This document shows positions 38,000 to 46,013 of a stretch of DNA of 64,000 bases, in pieces. Under the pieces are notes generated by a model. That model ran no database searches. It had not been told where the DNA came from and was given only the letters and a program-made list of their open reading frames with translations. Positions within the stretch are counted from its first letter, which is position 1. Each line of letters begins with the position of its first letter. The stretch spans positions 1-64,000 of the forward strand of contig DXJF01000032.1 in the NCBI GenBank assembly GCA_019057375.1, given 5' to 3'. The position numbers and the translations under genes were made by a program. This stretch comes from Candidatus Heimdallarchaeota archaeon (GTDB lineage Archaea; Asgardarchaeota; Heimdallarchaeia; Heimdallarchaeales; Heimdallarchaeaceae).

Positions 38000-38497
38000 T
38001 TACTCGTCGTAATCTTGGTAAGTTGTTGTCAGGGGTTCATCTTCATCTTCAGTATTTTCATCGTCATCGTCTAGTACTGCTGCTTCAAGAGGAACAGTAG
38101 ATGATGCAACCACAGGTGTAGATTCACCACTTTCATGTGCTTTGATATCGGTTTCAGCTTCCTTAAGTTCAAATTCAAGTTTTTCTAAATCTTCTTCAAC
38201 TTTGAGTATTTTTCTTTCAAGTTCTTTAAGCTTATAATCCCTTTCTGCAATAGAAGCTTCCTTTTTCTTTGCTGAAACTTCACTTTTCAAAGCTTTATCT
38301 GGTTGTCCTTGATTTTCAAACTCTGTTTTCTTGACAAGATTTTCTTCTCGCTCTCTGTTATCTTTTGCTCTTTTTTTGTTTTCATTAGCAATCTTTTTCT
38401 TAAGATCTTGAAGGTTACCAAGCTTCTTGTAGATGTCTTCTTCAATGTCAAACTTTTTCTCTAAAAGCTTGAAATAATGAACATTTGACTCACTCAT
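38000..38497 (-). CDS. Hypothetical coiled-coil protein with acidic tail
   Basis: Long K/E heptad helices, then DDDDENTEDEDE. Confidence 0.75.
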   Translation of the reverse strand: MSESNVHYFKLLEKKFDIEEDIYKKLGNLQDLKKKIANENKKRAKDNREREENLVKKTEFENQGQPDKALKSEVSAKKKEASIAERDYKLKELERKILKVEEDLEKLEFELKEAETDIKAHESGESTPVVASSTVPLEAAVLDDDDENTEDEDEPLTTTYQDYDE

Positions 38498-38689
38498 AAT
38501 AATCCAGTAAAGTAAGGAAGAACACATTTTTAAGTTTACTCAATTAGGGGACAAAAGTGTGAAAACAGTAAATTTGTGCTTACTTAGTAGCATGGTTATT
38601 CAATCGAGATAGAAAAGAAAAATTTAAGAATAAAGTAGAATGGAAAAAAGTGTAGAGGATTAATCTACAAAAAAAATCAAAGAAGAGTC

Positions 38690-38813
38690 CGGGCTTTAGC
38701 TCAGTGGCTTAGAGCTCTCGGCTGTAGTCAATAGACACCCTTGTGAGCAATGATCAAGGTGTCAGCCGGTAGAGACCGAGCGGTCCCGTGTTCAAATCAC
38801 GGAAGCCCGACCA
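38690..38813 (+). tRNA. tRNA-Tyr(GTA) with 47-nt intron at 37/38 (38728-38774) and encoded CCA
   Basis: Acceptor CGGGCTT/AAGCCCG (C1:G72), D arm GCTC..GAGC, anticodon stem CTCGG/CCGAG with CT-GTA, T arm CCGTG-TTCAAAT-CACGG, discriminator A, CCA. Confidence 0.95.
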
Positions 38814-38815
38814 CT

Positions 38816-39571
38816 TCATCTTTTTCTACCAATTGCATAAAAAACTGGAATGAAAATAGTTCTTTTATTTTCATTAATTACCTCTTTTTCCACTATTAGT
38901 TTATTTCTAAATTCTTCTTTTGATATTAATTGAGATTCATATATAAGTCTCCATTCTTGTTCAATATTCATCAAGAGGTTTTCTTTATCCCATACTTGTG
39001 CAATTACACCGATTGAAGTATCAAGGTTAGCTGTTTCGAATAAAGTTCTGAGTTTTCTTCCCATAAAAGGATCAGCACCTTCACGCTTCAGATAATCTTT
39101 ATGATACTTCCCCAAATTATATTCTGGGTACTCTAACCAACCCCCATAATCCGGTTCTGCTAAAGCTGCTACAAACCCTCGTTTCTTACACACTCTACTC
39201 ATTTCCTTAATCGCTTTCTCAGGTTTAGATAACCACAGAAAGAGATATTGACAGAGCACAATGTCAAACATACCAGATCTCATAGAGAGTTTCTCAACAT
39301 TTTCCCGCTTAAAGTTAACATTTTTCACGTTCTCTTCTGCTAAGGAAAGCATGGATTTATCATGATCAACTGCAGTAATTTTTGCTCGAGTTCTTTTCCT
39401 TAGTTCATCTGTAATAACACCTGTCCCACAACCCACCTCTAAAACTCTTTTAGCCCCTCGTAAGTTTATTTGAGGATATATTTTGTTCCTAACAGATTCA
39501 GTCCAGTTAGCTTGGCGGACAAATTGCTCATGGATTTGTGGACCCCAGTTAACGTCTTCATTGTTTGTCAT
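38816..39571 (-). CDS. Class I SAM-dependent methyltransferase, third gene of the radical SAM operon
   Basis: VLEVGCGTG, AVDHD, FDIVLCQ, EPDYGG, GADPFMGR; ATGA overlap with the radical SAM gene. Confidence 0.92.
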   Translation of the reverse strand: MTNNEDVNWGPQIHEQFVRQANWTESVRNKIYPQINLRGAKRVLEVGCGTGVITDELRKRTRAKITAVDHDKSMLSLAEENVKNVNFKRENVEKLSMRSGMFDIVLCQYLFLWLSKPEKAIKEMSRVCKKRGFVAALAEPDYGGWLEYPEYNLGKYHKDYLKREGADPFMGRKLRTLFETANLDTSIGVIAQVWDKENLLMNIEQEWRLIYESQLISKEEFRNKLIVEKEVINENKRTIFIPVFYAIGRKR

Positions 39572-40872
39572 GAAAATGCTTCCTTACAAATATACGAGGG
39601 GGACGCATAATTCAAAGGACACCCACCTCCACAAATCTCCCTTTCTGGGCAATCTAAACATTCTTCCTGGAGGTAGTTCATTTTGCGAAGATTTTTAGAT
39701 ATCTTATTATTCCAAATCTTTCTCCATTTAGTTGTTAGTATATTTCCTAAAGGTTCAAAGTAGCTTTGACAAGGAAGTACAGCTCCATCAGGTTCAATAG
39801 CCATTGCGATATGAGCTGCTGAACACTGTTTCATCCCTAATCCTTTTTCAATAGGGTTGAAGTCACAATATCTTGTAGGGCTATACCAAATGAAAGACAG
39901 CTCTTTTTTCTCTGCAGTTTTTAGAATCCTTGTAAGAACTTCATCTAGTTCTTCAAGAGGGAGAGCTAATTCTTCTTGTTTTCCTCCACCGGATTTTATG
40001 ATGCTATTTGCAGCAAAATGATCAATTCCCAAAGAACCTAAAAATTCAACTGTCTTTTCTATTTCTTTGACATTAAATGGAGTTAGGGTAGTATTTGTCA
40101 TGATATAAACTGGAGTTGGGATAACATTCTTTATTCCTTGTACAGTTTCTTCCCATGCCCCTTTAACTCCACACAATTGGTCATGAATTTTTGAATCATG
40201 ACTCTCTATTGTTAATTGAAAATGATCAATCCCGGCTGTAACAAGCTTATCTACTAGAGCCTTATTTTTTAGTTTTCGACCGTTAGTAATCAAGCCTGTT
40301 ATAATCCCTAAATCTTCAGCATATTCCACCAAATCTGGTAGGTCTTTTCTTAGGGTAGGTTCTCCTCCTGTAAATGTAACATGTGGGATACCTATGTCCC
40401 ACAGCTTATCTAGAACCAACTTCCATTCGTCTGTTGATAGTTCCTTAATTTCTCTTGGGGTTTCAACGTAACATTTGGTACATTTACTATTGCATTTGTA
40501 TGTTAGAGCTAAATCCATCCTTAATGGAGCAGAGAAGGGAGTTTCGTTTAAAGGATTTATATCTTGAGATAAGTGTTGAACAGGATCTATATCAGGTGTT
40601 GTCATAAGTTCATTAATAGATGTTTTAAGCTCACGAAGATCAATTTCTAACTGTTCAATAGAAACTCTGTATTTCTTTTTCATTTCGAATAGAATATCAA
40701 TATCTTCTTTTCCTTCAATAATCCGTGAAACAAAATCTGTTGCAGTTTTGTTTAGATGAAGGATTCTTGTGGCATTAACTAGTAATAAACCTGTTCCACC
40801 CTTTTCCTTTCTAAGATGCATTCGAGCTGTGGTATCAAGATTTCTTTGATGATAAACTCTATATTTACCCAT
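39568..40872 (-). CDS. Radical SAM/SPASM maturase with N-terminal PqqD/RRE-like domain
   Basis: N-terminal ILHLNKTATDF...KKYRVSIEQLEIDL; CNSKCTKC; FTGGEP; SPASM CSAA...EPDGAVLPC...CLDC.....CGGGCP. Start at ATG 40872 (TAATG overlap with the upstream gene). Confidence 0.93.
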   Translation of the reverse strand: MGKYRVYHQRNLDTTARMHLRKEKGGTGLLLVNATRILHLNKTATDFVSRIIEGKEDIDILFEMKKKYRVSIEQLEIDLRELKTSINELMTTPDIDPVQHLSQDINPLNETPFSAPLRMDLALTYKCNSKCTKCYVETPREIKELSTDEWKLVLDKLWDIGIPHVTFTGGEPTLRKDLPDLVEYAEDLGIITGLITNGRKLKNKALVDKLVTAGIDHFQLTIESHDSKIHDQLCGVKGAWEETVQGIKNVIPTPVYIMTNTTLTPFNVKEIEKTVEFLGSLGIDHFAANSIIKSGGGKQEELALPLEELDEVLTRILKTAEKKELSFIWYSPTRYCDFNPIEKGLGMKQCSAAHIAMAIEPDGAVLPCQSYFEPLGNILTTKWRKIWNNKISKNLRKMNYLQEECLDCPEREICGGGCPLNYASPSYICKEAFS

Positions 40873-42554
40873 TATCTTCCACCTCCAGCACAAGCGCAAG
40901 CACAAGCACATGCACAAGCACAGCCCCCTCCACTGTAACTTCTACCACCACTACTTGATCTAGCTGGTGGAGGTCGAGTTATATTTTTCACAGAATCACG
41001 TAATGAGCTAGGTTTATGCACCAACCCAGACATGAAACTTTGGACAGGAGCTATTTGAGATATTCTTCCCTGTCGACTTATTCGCATAAAAGGTCCTATA
41101 CTTTTATGACTTCTGCGAGATATGCTTGAACCTATTGCATAATAATAGTAACTTCTCACATACCAACCAGGATAATAATAAGTTCCCCCATATTTTTCCA
41201 AACGCTGGTCATAATTTTCATCTACCATAATCCAAAGGAAGGCATTAAGCAATTCTGGATTTGATTTACTCATTTCCTGCCATGCTTTATCTATTATTGA
41301 TTCGTAATAATCCCTTGTTTTTCTAGCAGAAAAGCCTTTCATTTTTTTAGCAACACTTTTTATTTGAGCAACTAGTGCATTTTTCAAATCAGTTTGATGA
41401 ACAGGTTCTTTGGGAATTGCTCCTGAAGCTGCTCCTCTTATCCACTTTTCATCTTCTTTGTTTCTTTTTCTTATACCAACAATCATTGTTTTATGTGGTT
41501 TTGAAAATTCAGCTATAGTTGCATCTGTAGCTGCAATATCTAATCTTAACTCAGGTTTCCTTGTTCTAATATTTAGATACCCTTTTTCCATTAATTCAAA
41601 TAGCATTAAAGAAGCAACTTGCGTTAAAGGTCTTTCAAAAAGTAATGCAACTTCAGAGGGGGCTAGATCTTCTCTAATTCCTCCTCCCAATGAGCTAATA
41701 GAGGGCGGGAGATATCGTCTAGAGTTTCTTATTTTTCTAAATATGAATATAATCACAGCTAGTACAATTATACAAGCTATTGCAGTTGCTATGGGGTATC
41801 TTATCATACTGCCCCATACTAATAAAGTCCAAAACGAATTAAATGTTTTTGAATACTCTTCAGGAAATGCAACCCCAACTTCATAGCTGAAATAAGGTGT
41901 TCCTATTGATGAAAACTGTACATAAGGACCCTCAGGTGAACTTGCTACCTTGGTAAAATCTGCTATATCTGCAATTCTATAATCAACTTCCGAAATATCT
42001 GTGAGATCTTCAGGAAAATAAAATCTAACAGTTCTATTAGTTGAGCCAAATGAATAATCTAACTCATACCATGTTTGATAAAATACAACTGAAGCTAAGC
42101 CTTCTTGATTATCACTGTAAACCATTTTAGGATTGTGACATTCAACCTCTAAGATTCCAGTTTGACCAGCATAAATATAACCTACTTCATCAAGCCAAAT
42201 CTCTACACCGATATCAATGTATTCACTTTTTCTTATATCTGTTACTTCTATCCCATTTAACCAAGCTCTTACAGATTTTAGCTGATAGTAAACATTAGGG
42301 AAACCAACATCAACTACATCTATTGCTTGACCTTCTGAAGGGTGGTTAACAAACTCAAATCTATAATAAATGTCGATGGACCCATCATCAAGTATTGATA
42401 TTTCAGTGTATATTGATGGAACCTCAAAGTAGTAAGCTTCCATTCTTGGATTAGACTCAGATATATCATTTTCTCTTGCTATTGAAAATGATGGTGATAA
42501 GCTGATAGTTAAAATTACAACACTAAAAACCACAAATATTTTTTTCAAAGTCAT
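40872..42554 (-). CDS. Single-pass membrane protein (DUF2207-like architecture) ending in a GGG(CA)6GGGR tail; putative radical SAM substrate
   Basis: Signal peptide, beta-rich ectodomain, TM followed by RKIRNSRR, cytoplasmic domain, Ser/Gly linker, CACACACACACAGGGR*. Confidence 0.9.
   Translation of the reverse strand: MTLKKIFVVFSVVILTISLSPSFSIARENDISESNPRMEAYYFEVPSIYTEISILDDGSIDIYYRFEFVNHPSEGQAIDVVDVGFPNVYYQLKSVRAWLNGIEVTDIRKSEYIDIGVEIWLDEVGYIYAGQTGILEVECHNPKMVYSDNQEGLASVVFYQTWYELDYSFGSTNRTVRFYFPEDLTDISEVDYRIADIADFTKVASSPEGPYVQFSSIGTPYFSYEVGVAFPEEYSKTFNSFWTLLVWGSMIRYPIATAIACIIVLAVIIFIFRKIRNSRRYLPPSISSLGGGIREDLAPSEVALLFERPLTQVASLMLFELMEKGYLNIRTRKPELRLDIAATDATIAEFSKPHKTMIVGIRKRNKEDEKWIRGAASGAIPKEPVHQTDLKNALVAQIKSVAKKMKGFSARKTRDYYESIIDKAWQEMSKSNPELLNAFLWIMVDENYDQRLEKYGGTYYYPGWYVRSYYYYAIGSSISRRSHKSIGPFMRISRQGRISQIAPVQSFMSGLVHKPSSLRDSVKNITRPPPARSSSGGRSYSGGGCACACACACACAGGGR
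40887..40922 (-). repeat. Six-fold Cys-Ala dipeptide repeat
   Basis: TGT GCT TGT GCA TGT GCT TGT GCT TGC GCT TGT GCT; all variation is synonymous. Confidence 0.95.
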
Positions 42555-42703
42555 TGTATCTCCCCTTTTATTTTCGATTATGAATACTAAACTTTTTCCA
42601 TTGCATTAGTGTATTCTGTTGAAAAGATACAAACCTATGTTTGACAGGTATATTGAATCTATATCGCTTCTTAATTGTAAAAGAGAGCGGGAAGTTTGCT
42701 TTT

Positions 42704-43453
42704 CTAGAAGAACAAATGCTCTTCAGCTTCTTTGTCCTTTTTTTTCTTTCTTCGTTTTCTTTTCTTAATAGGTTCTTCTTTAGGCTTAATAGGTTCATCC
42801 ACATCAATTTCTTTATCTAGTTTAGTAGCTACCTCTGCCAAAGTTTTGTATAACAAAGAACGCATTTTGAATTTTGTCTCTTCATCAAAAATAGTTTTTA
42901 AAGCAGTATAAACAGTTTGATTTGCATATTTAGGTATTATACTTAGAGCAATTTGTCTAGGATATACATCGTGGTCATTCTTGATGGTTTCCAAGATTAA
43001 TTTTCTCATTACAGCTTTTTTTAGTTTCTTTCTTTCGTGCAATTTCCTAAGGGCAGCAGATCTAACAACATCGTTTAAATCATTTTTCGAAATATTCAGA
43101 AGCATCTCATCAGTATCCGAAGTAGACATGTCACCAAGTGATTCAGTTATAGCTAATCTAACATTTCTATCTCTTTCATAAGCATAAAGCTCACTCAATT
43201 TTTGGGCTATATCACTATCTTCAAATTTTGTAACGGTCATTATTGCTTTAATGCGAATTTTATAGTATTTGTCATTCTCACTTACCTGAATAAGAAAATC
43301 TACCAAATTCTGATTTTTTTGTTCATTTCCTAATTTATCCAATAACTCAAATTTAGCAAAATCGGGAGAATTATTGAATTTCTTCATCATCTTAGCTAAT
43401 TCTTGTTCCATTACATCTAAATTATAGTTTGTGCTTTTATAATTTACTAACAA
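42704..43453 (-). CDS. HEAT-repeat protein with basic C-terminal patch
   Basis: KIRIKAI, NVRLAITESLG, VVRSAAL repeats; KKRKRRKKKK near the C-terminus. Confidence 0.8.
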   Translation of the reverse strand: MLVNYKSTNYNLDVMEQELAKMMKKFNNSPDFAKFELLDKLGNEQKNQNLVDFLIQVSENDKYYKIRIKAIMTVTKFEDSDIAQKLSELYAYERDRNVRLAITESLGDMSTSDTDEMLLNISKNDLNDVVRSAALRKLHERKKLKKAVMRKLILETIKNDHDVYPRQIALSIIPKYANQTVYTALKTIFDEETKFKMRSLLYKTLAEVATKLDKEIDVDEPIKPKEEPIKKRKRRKKKKDKEAEEHLFF

Positions 43454-43518
43454 TCCAGTTCCAATTTTTCTTAAATTGGGGTTTTTATAACATGGTAAAT
43501 GAAATATAATGACTCAAA

Positions 43519-44073
43519 TTGACCACGTTACAGGATACTGAAAATATAGAAAAAGAGGGCTTTGCCATCGTATATTTTGCTGATAGTGGTTTTGAGATTT
43601 TCGCTTCAGATTTAGACGATATAAAACTCGAAACAATGCTTACAACGTATCCTACATTAATGGGAATCATGCAAAACCAAGAAATAAAGGGATTAGCATC
43701 AACAAAAATCAATGAAAAATCATTCTTGTTAGCTTTTGCTATAAACCTGAAAAACCTAAATGCAAAGGATACAAGGTTAAAACTAAAGACAGCAACAATT
43801 ATTAATTTTATTGTATCAAGAGAGATATATAAACAGCTAGTGGTTAACTTTGATGAATTCGAGAAGTTTCTAGAAAAATACTTTAAACCAATTGTTTTTC
43901 TCTTTGATCTTTATGCTGTAGACCTATCAAGAATAATACCTTTATTTCTTGAAAAACAGAAACGAGAGGAAAAACTGAAGAGAATAAAAGAGATAAAAAA
44001 GGATAATATCTCAATTGCAACAGAGTTTAACAAATGGTTAACTAGTACAATTTTTGAAAAGAAAAAAGGATGA
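43519..44073 (+). CDS. Stand-alone longin/uDENN-like domain protein
   Basis: GFAIVYF..SG.EI..SDL ... AFAI..K...KD.R pattern aligns by eye with the C-terminal domain of 14075-15865. Confidence 0.65.
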   Translation: MTTLQDTENIEKEGFAIVYFADSGFEIFASDLDDIKLETMLTTYPTLMGIMQNQEIKGLASTKINEKSFLLAFAINLKNLNAKDTRLKLKTATIINFIVSREIYKQLVVNFDEFEKFLEKYFKPIVFLFDLYAVDLSRIIPLFLEKQKREEKLKRIKEIKKDNISIATEFNKWLTSTIFEKKKG

Positions 44074-44135
44074 TATTTAATGTTATTCCAATAATTTTAT
44101 TACGTCCCTAAGCATTCGATGGTTAGTGACGTTTT

Positions 44136-45050
44136 ATGCTAGAAATAAGATTCCATGGCCGAGGAGGATCAGGCTCAGTTCTAGCTTCAAGAGCTTTGGC
44201 CAAGGCTGCTTTCTATGAAGGAAAATATGCTGTTTCTTTTCCTTCTTTTGGTGCTGAGAGAAGAGGATCACTTGTTCTAGCATTTGCACGTATTAATGAA
44301 AGAAAAATCTTCAGAAGAACCCAAATCTACACTCCAGATATTGTTGTTGTTCTTAATGAAGATATTCCAGAGTTAATTGATATTATCGAAGGATTAAAAC
44401 CTGAAGGTATAGTTGTTTTAAATTCAACAAAAAAGCCAGAACAGATTATTTTGTCTAAATCCACTAATGTAGGGGTTGTTGAAGCCACAAAAATTGCTCA
44501 AGATATTCTTGATGAACCCATAACAAACACTGCAATGTTAGGTGCCTTAGTAAAGAGTACTGGTATAATATCTTTGGAAAATCTTGAGAAAGGAATTTTT
44601 TCAGTTTTCAAAAAAAGATTAGGAGAAACAATAGCAAGAAAAAATGTTGAAATCGCTCGAATTGCGTATGAAGAAACCATACTAGGAGTCTCACAAGCAG
44701 GTAAAACTTATGTTGAAATGCGTTCGTGGCTACCTACAGTTGATGAACTCCCGTTAGGAACAATTCTTCCAAAATCAGCTCTTCCAAATGGACAAGAAAT
44801 TGGTCCGGGTGCTGCAAAACGTAGGAAAACTGGAACGTGGAGTAAAGAAAAAGCAGTAGTTAATCAAGAAAAATGCATTGAGTGTCTCAAATGCTTGTTT
44901 CATTGTCCTGAGGGTACAATCTATAGAAATAATGGGAAAGTTAAAGTAAACAATATTTATTGCAAAACATGTGGAATTTGTGTTGCTGTTTGCCCAGTTA
45001 ATGCTATTTCAATAGAAGAAATAGAAGATTATACAGAAATCATACCTTGA
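44136..45050 (+). CDS. 2-oxoacid:ferredoxin oxidoreductase gamma subunit fused to the delta (ferredoxin) subunit
   Basis: EIRFHGRGG.G, FGAERRG, NTAMLGA; C-terminal CIECLKCLFHCP and CKTCGICVAVCP. Confidence 0.92.
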   Translation: MLEIRFHGRGGSGSVLASRALAKAAFYEGKYAVSFPSFGAERRGSLVLAFARINERKIFRRTQIYTPDIVVVLNEDIPELIDIIEGLKPEGIVVLNSTKKPEQIILSKSTNVGVVEATKIAQDILDEPITNTAMLGALVKSTGIISLENLEKGIFSVFKKRLGETIARKNVEIARIAYEETILGVSQAGKTYVEMRSWLPTVDELPLGTILPKSALPNGQEIGPGAAKRRKTGTWSKEKAVVNQEKCIECLKCLFHCPEGTIYRNNGKVKVNNIYCKTCGICVAVCPVNAISIEEIEDYTEIIP

Positions 45051-45962
45051 TTATTTGTATCTCTCCAAATCATCTCTTTCATTTTTGTTTTCAGAAAAAG
45101 TTGAATTTGAGCTAAAGGAAAATGTTTTGTTAGAATTTGATGATTTATTGCGTTCATTGAGATTTTTGAAATCTTCATCAAACTCTTCCTCGTATTCTTC
45201 TTTAAATTCTTCATCAAACTCTTCATCATATTCTTCATTAAACTGTGCATCATCTTGGATGAAGTCAAAGCTACTTTCGAGGAATGAATAATCAAATTCT
45301 TGTATTTCTTGTGATTCTAAAACTAAGTTCAATAGTTTTTCTAATTCCTTTAAGGCTAATAAAGAAGCATCTAAATCGACTTCGTATGTATTACAATAAG
45401 AAAGAATACTTAGAACAGGAAATCTATACGCGGTTCCTTCAGCAAGAAGGAAACTTATGGGACCTTTGATTGATAAATCATCTCTAAAGGTTCTCTTGGT
45501 ACCAAAGAGTTCTGAATATTTTTTAGTAGGAATCAGAGTTACCCAAGAATCATCAGAAGAATTACGGACATCTTCTCTTAATCCACCTATTATGATGTAG
45601 CGCTTCGCCTCCCAAGACAGGATCTCTTGTGTTATCCATTTCCAAAAAGCATCAGGAAGAGCATTATAGCCAACAACAGGTATAGGTAATCTAGAAGTTA
45701 CTAGTACAAACTTTTCTTTTGGGTCATCAGATTTTACATCAAGTTCATACATGGTAATGGGTGATTCCAGATTTCCTTTATGAAACCAACTAAGGTTCCC
45801 CCAAAAACCAATTGATCCAACCTTAAGTACTTCTACAATATGATTGAGAACAGTTGTTCCCACTGAACCATAACCAGAAAATCCCAAAATTACAGTAGTG
45901 TCAGAATCGATTTTTATTGCATCAAAAGACATCTGATTAAGAAACAGCCATGTATTCTTCAT
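45051..45962 (-). CDS. PAC2-family (proteasome assembly chaperone-like) protein with acidic repeat tail
   Basis: ILGFSGYGSVG, IIIGG, GPISFLL; C-terminal Asp/Glu-rich extension. Confidence 0.8.
   Translation of the reverse strand: MKNTWLFLNQMSFDAIKIDSDTTVILGFSGYGSVGTTVLNHIVEVLKVGSIGFWGNLSWFHKGNLESPITMYELDVKSDDPKEKFVLVTSRLPIPVVGYNALPDAFWKWITQEILSWEAKRYIIIGGLREDVRNSSDDSWVTLIPTKKYSELFGTKRTFRDDLSIKGPISFLLAEGTAYRFPVLSILSYCNTYEVDLDASLLALKELEKLLNLVLESQEIQEFDYSFLESSFDFIQDDAQFNEEYDEEFDEEFKEEYEEEFDEDFKNLNERNKSSNSNKTFSFSSNSTFSENKNERDDLERYK
45168..45245 (-). repeat. 12-bp periodic repeat encoding (F/Y)-x-E-E units
   Basis: FNEEYDEEFDEEFKEEYEEEFDEDFK. Confidence 0.85.
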
Positions 45963-46013
45963 TATCTGACAGCCAATTTTACTAGGTTAAAAAAGTGATG
46001 GTAAGGAAGTTAT

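Noticed and set aside
38651-38669. TGTAGA-N7-TCTACA hairpin reminiscent of a Cas12a repeat stem
   Set aside because: Single copy, no spacers, no cas genes; more likely part of the tRNA promoter region.
40873-40917. ORF-track N-terminal extension MCMCLCLRLCWRWKI on the radical SAM protein
   Set aside because: It is the off-frame reading of the (Cys-Ala)6 codons of the upstream gene; the TAATG-coupled ATG at 40872 is the better start.
38790-42554. Integrated element at the tRNA-Tyr 3' end
   Set aside because: No integrase and no duplicate of the tRNA 3' end was found in the window.
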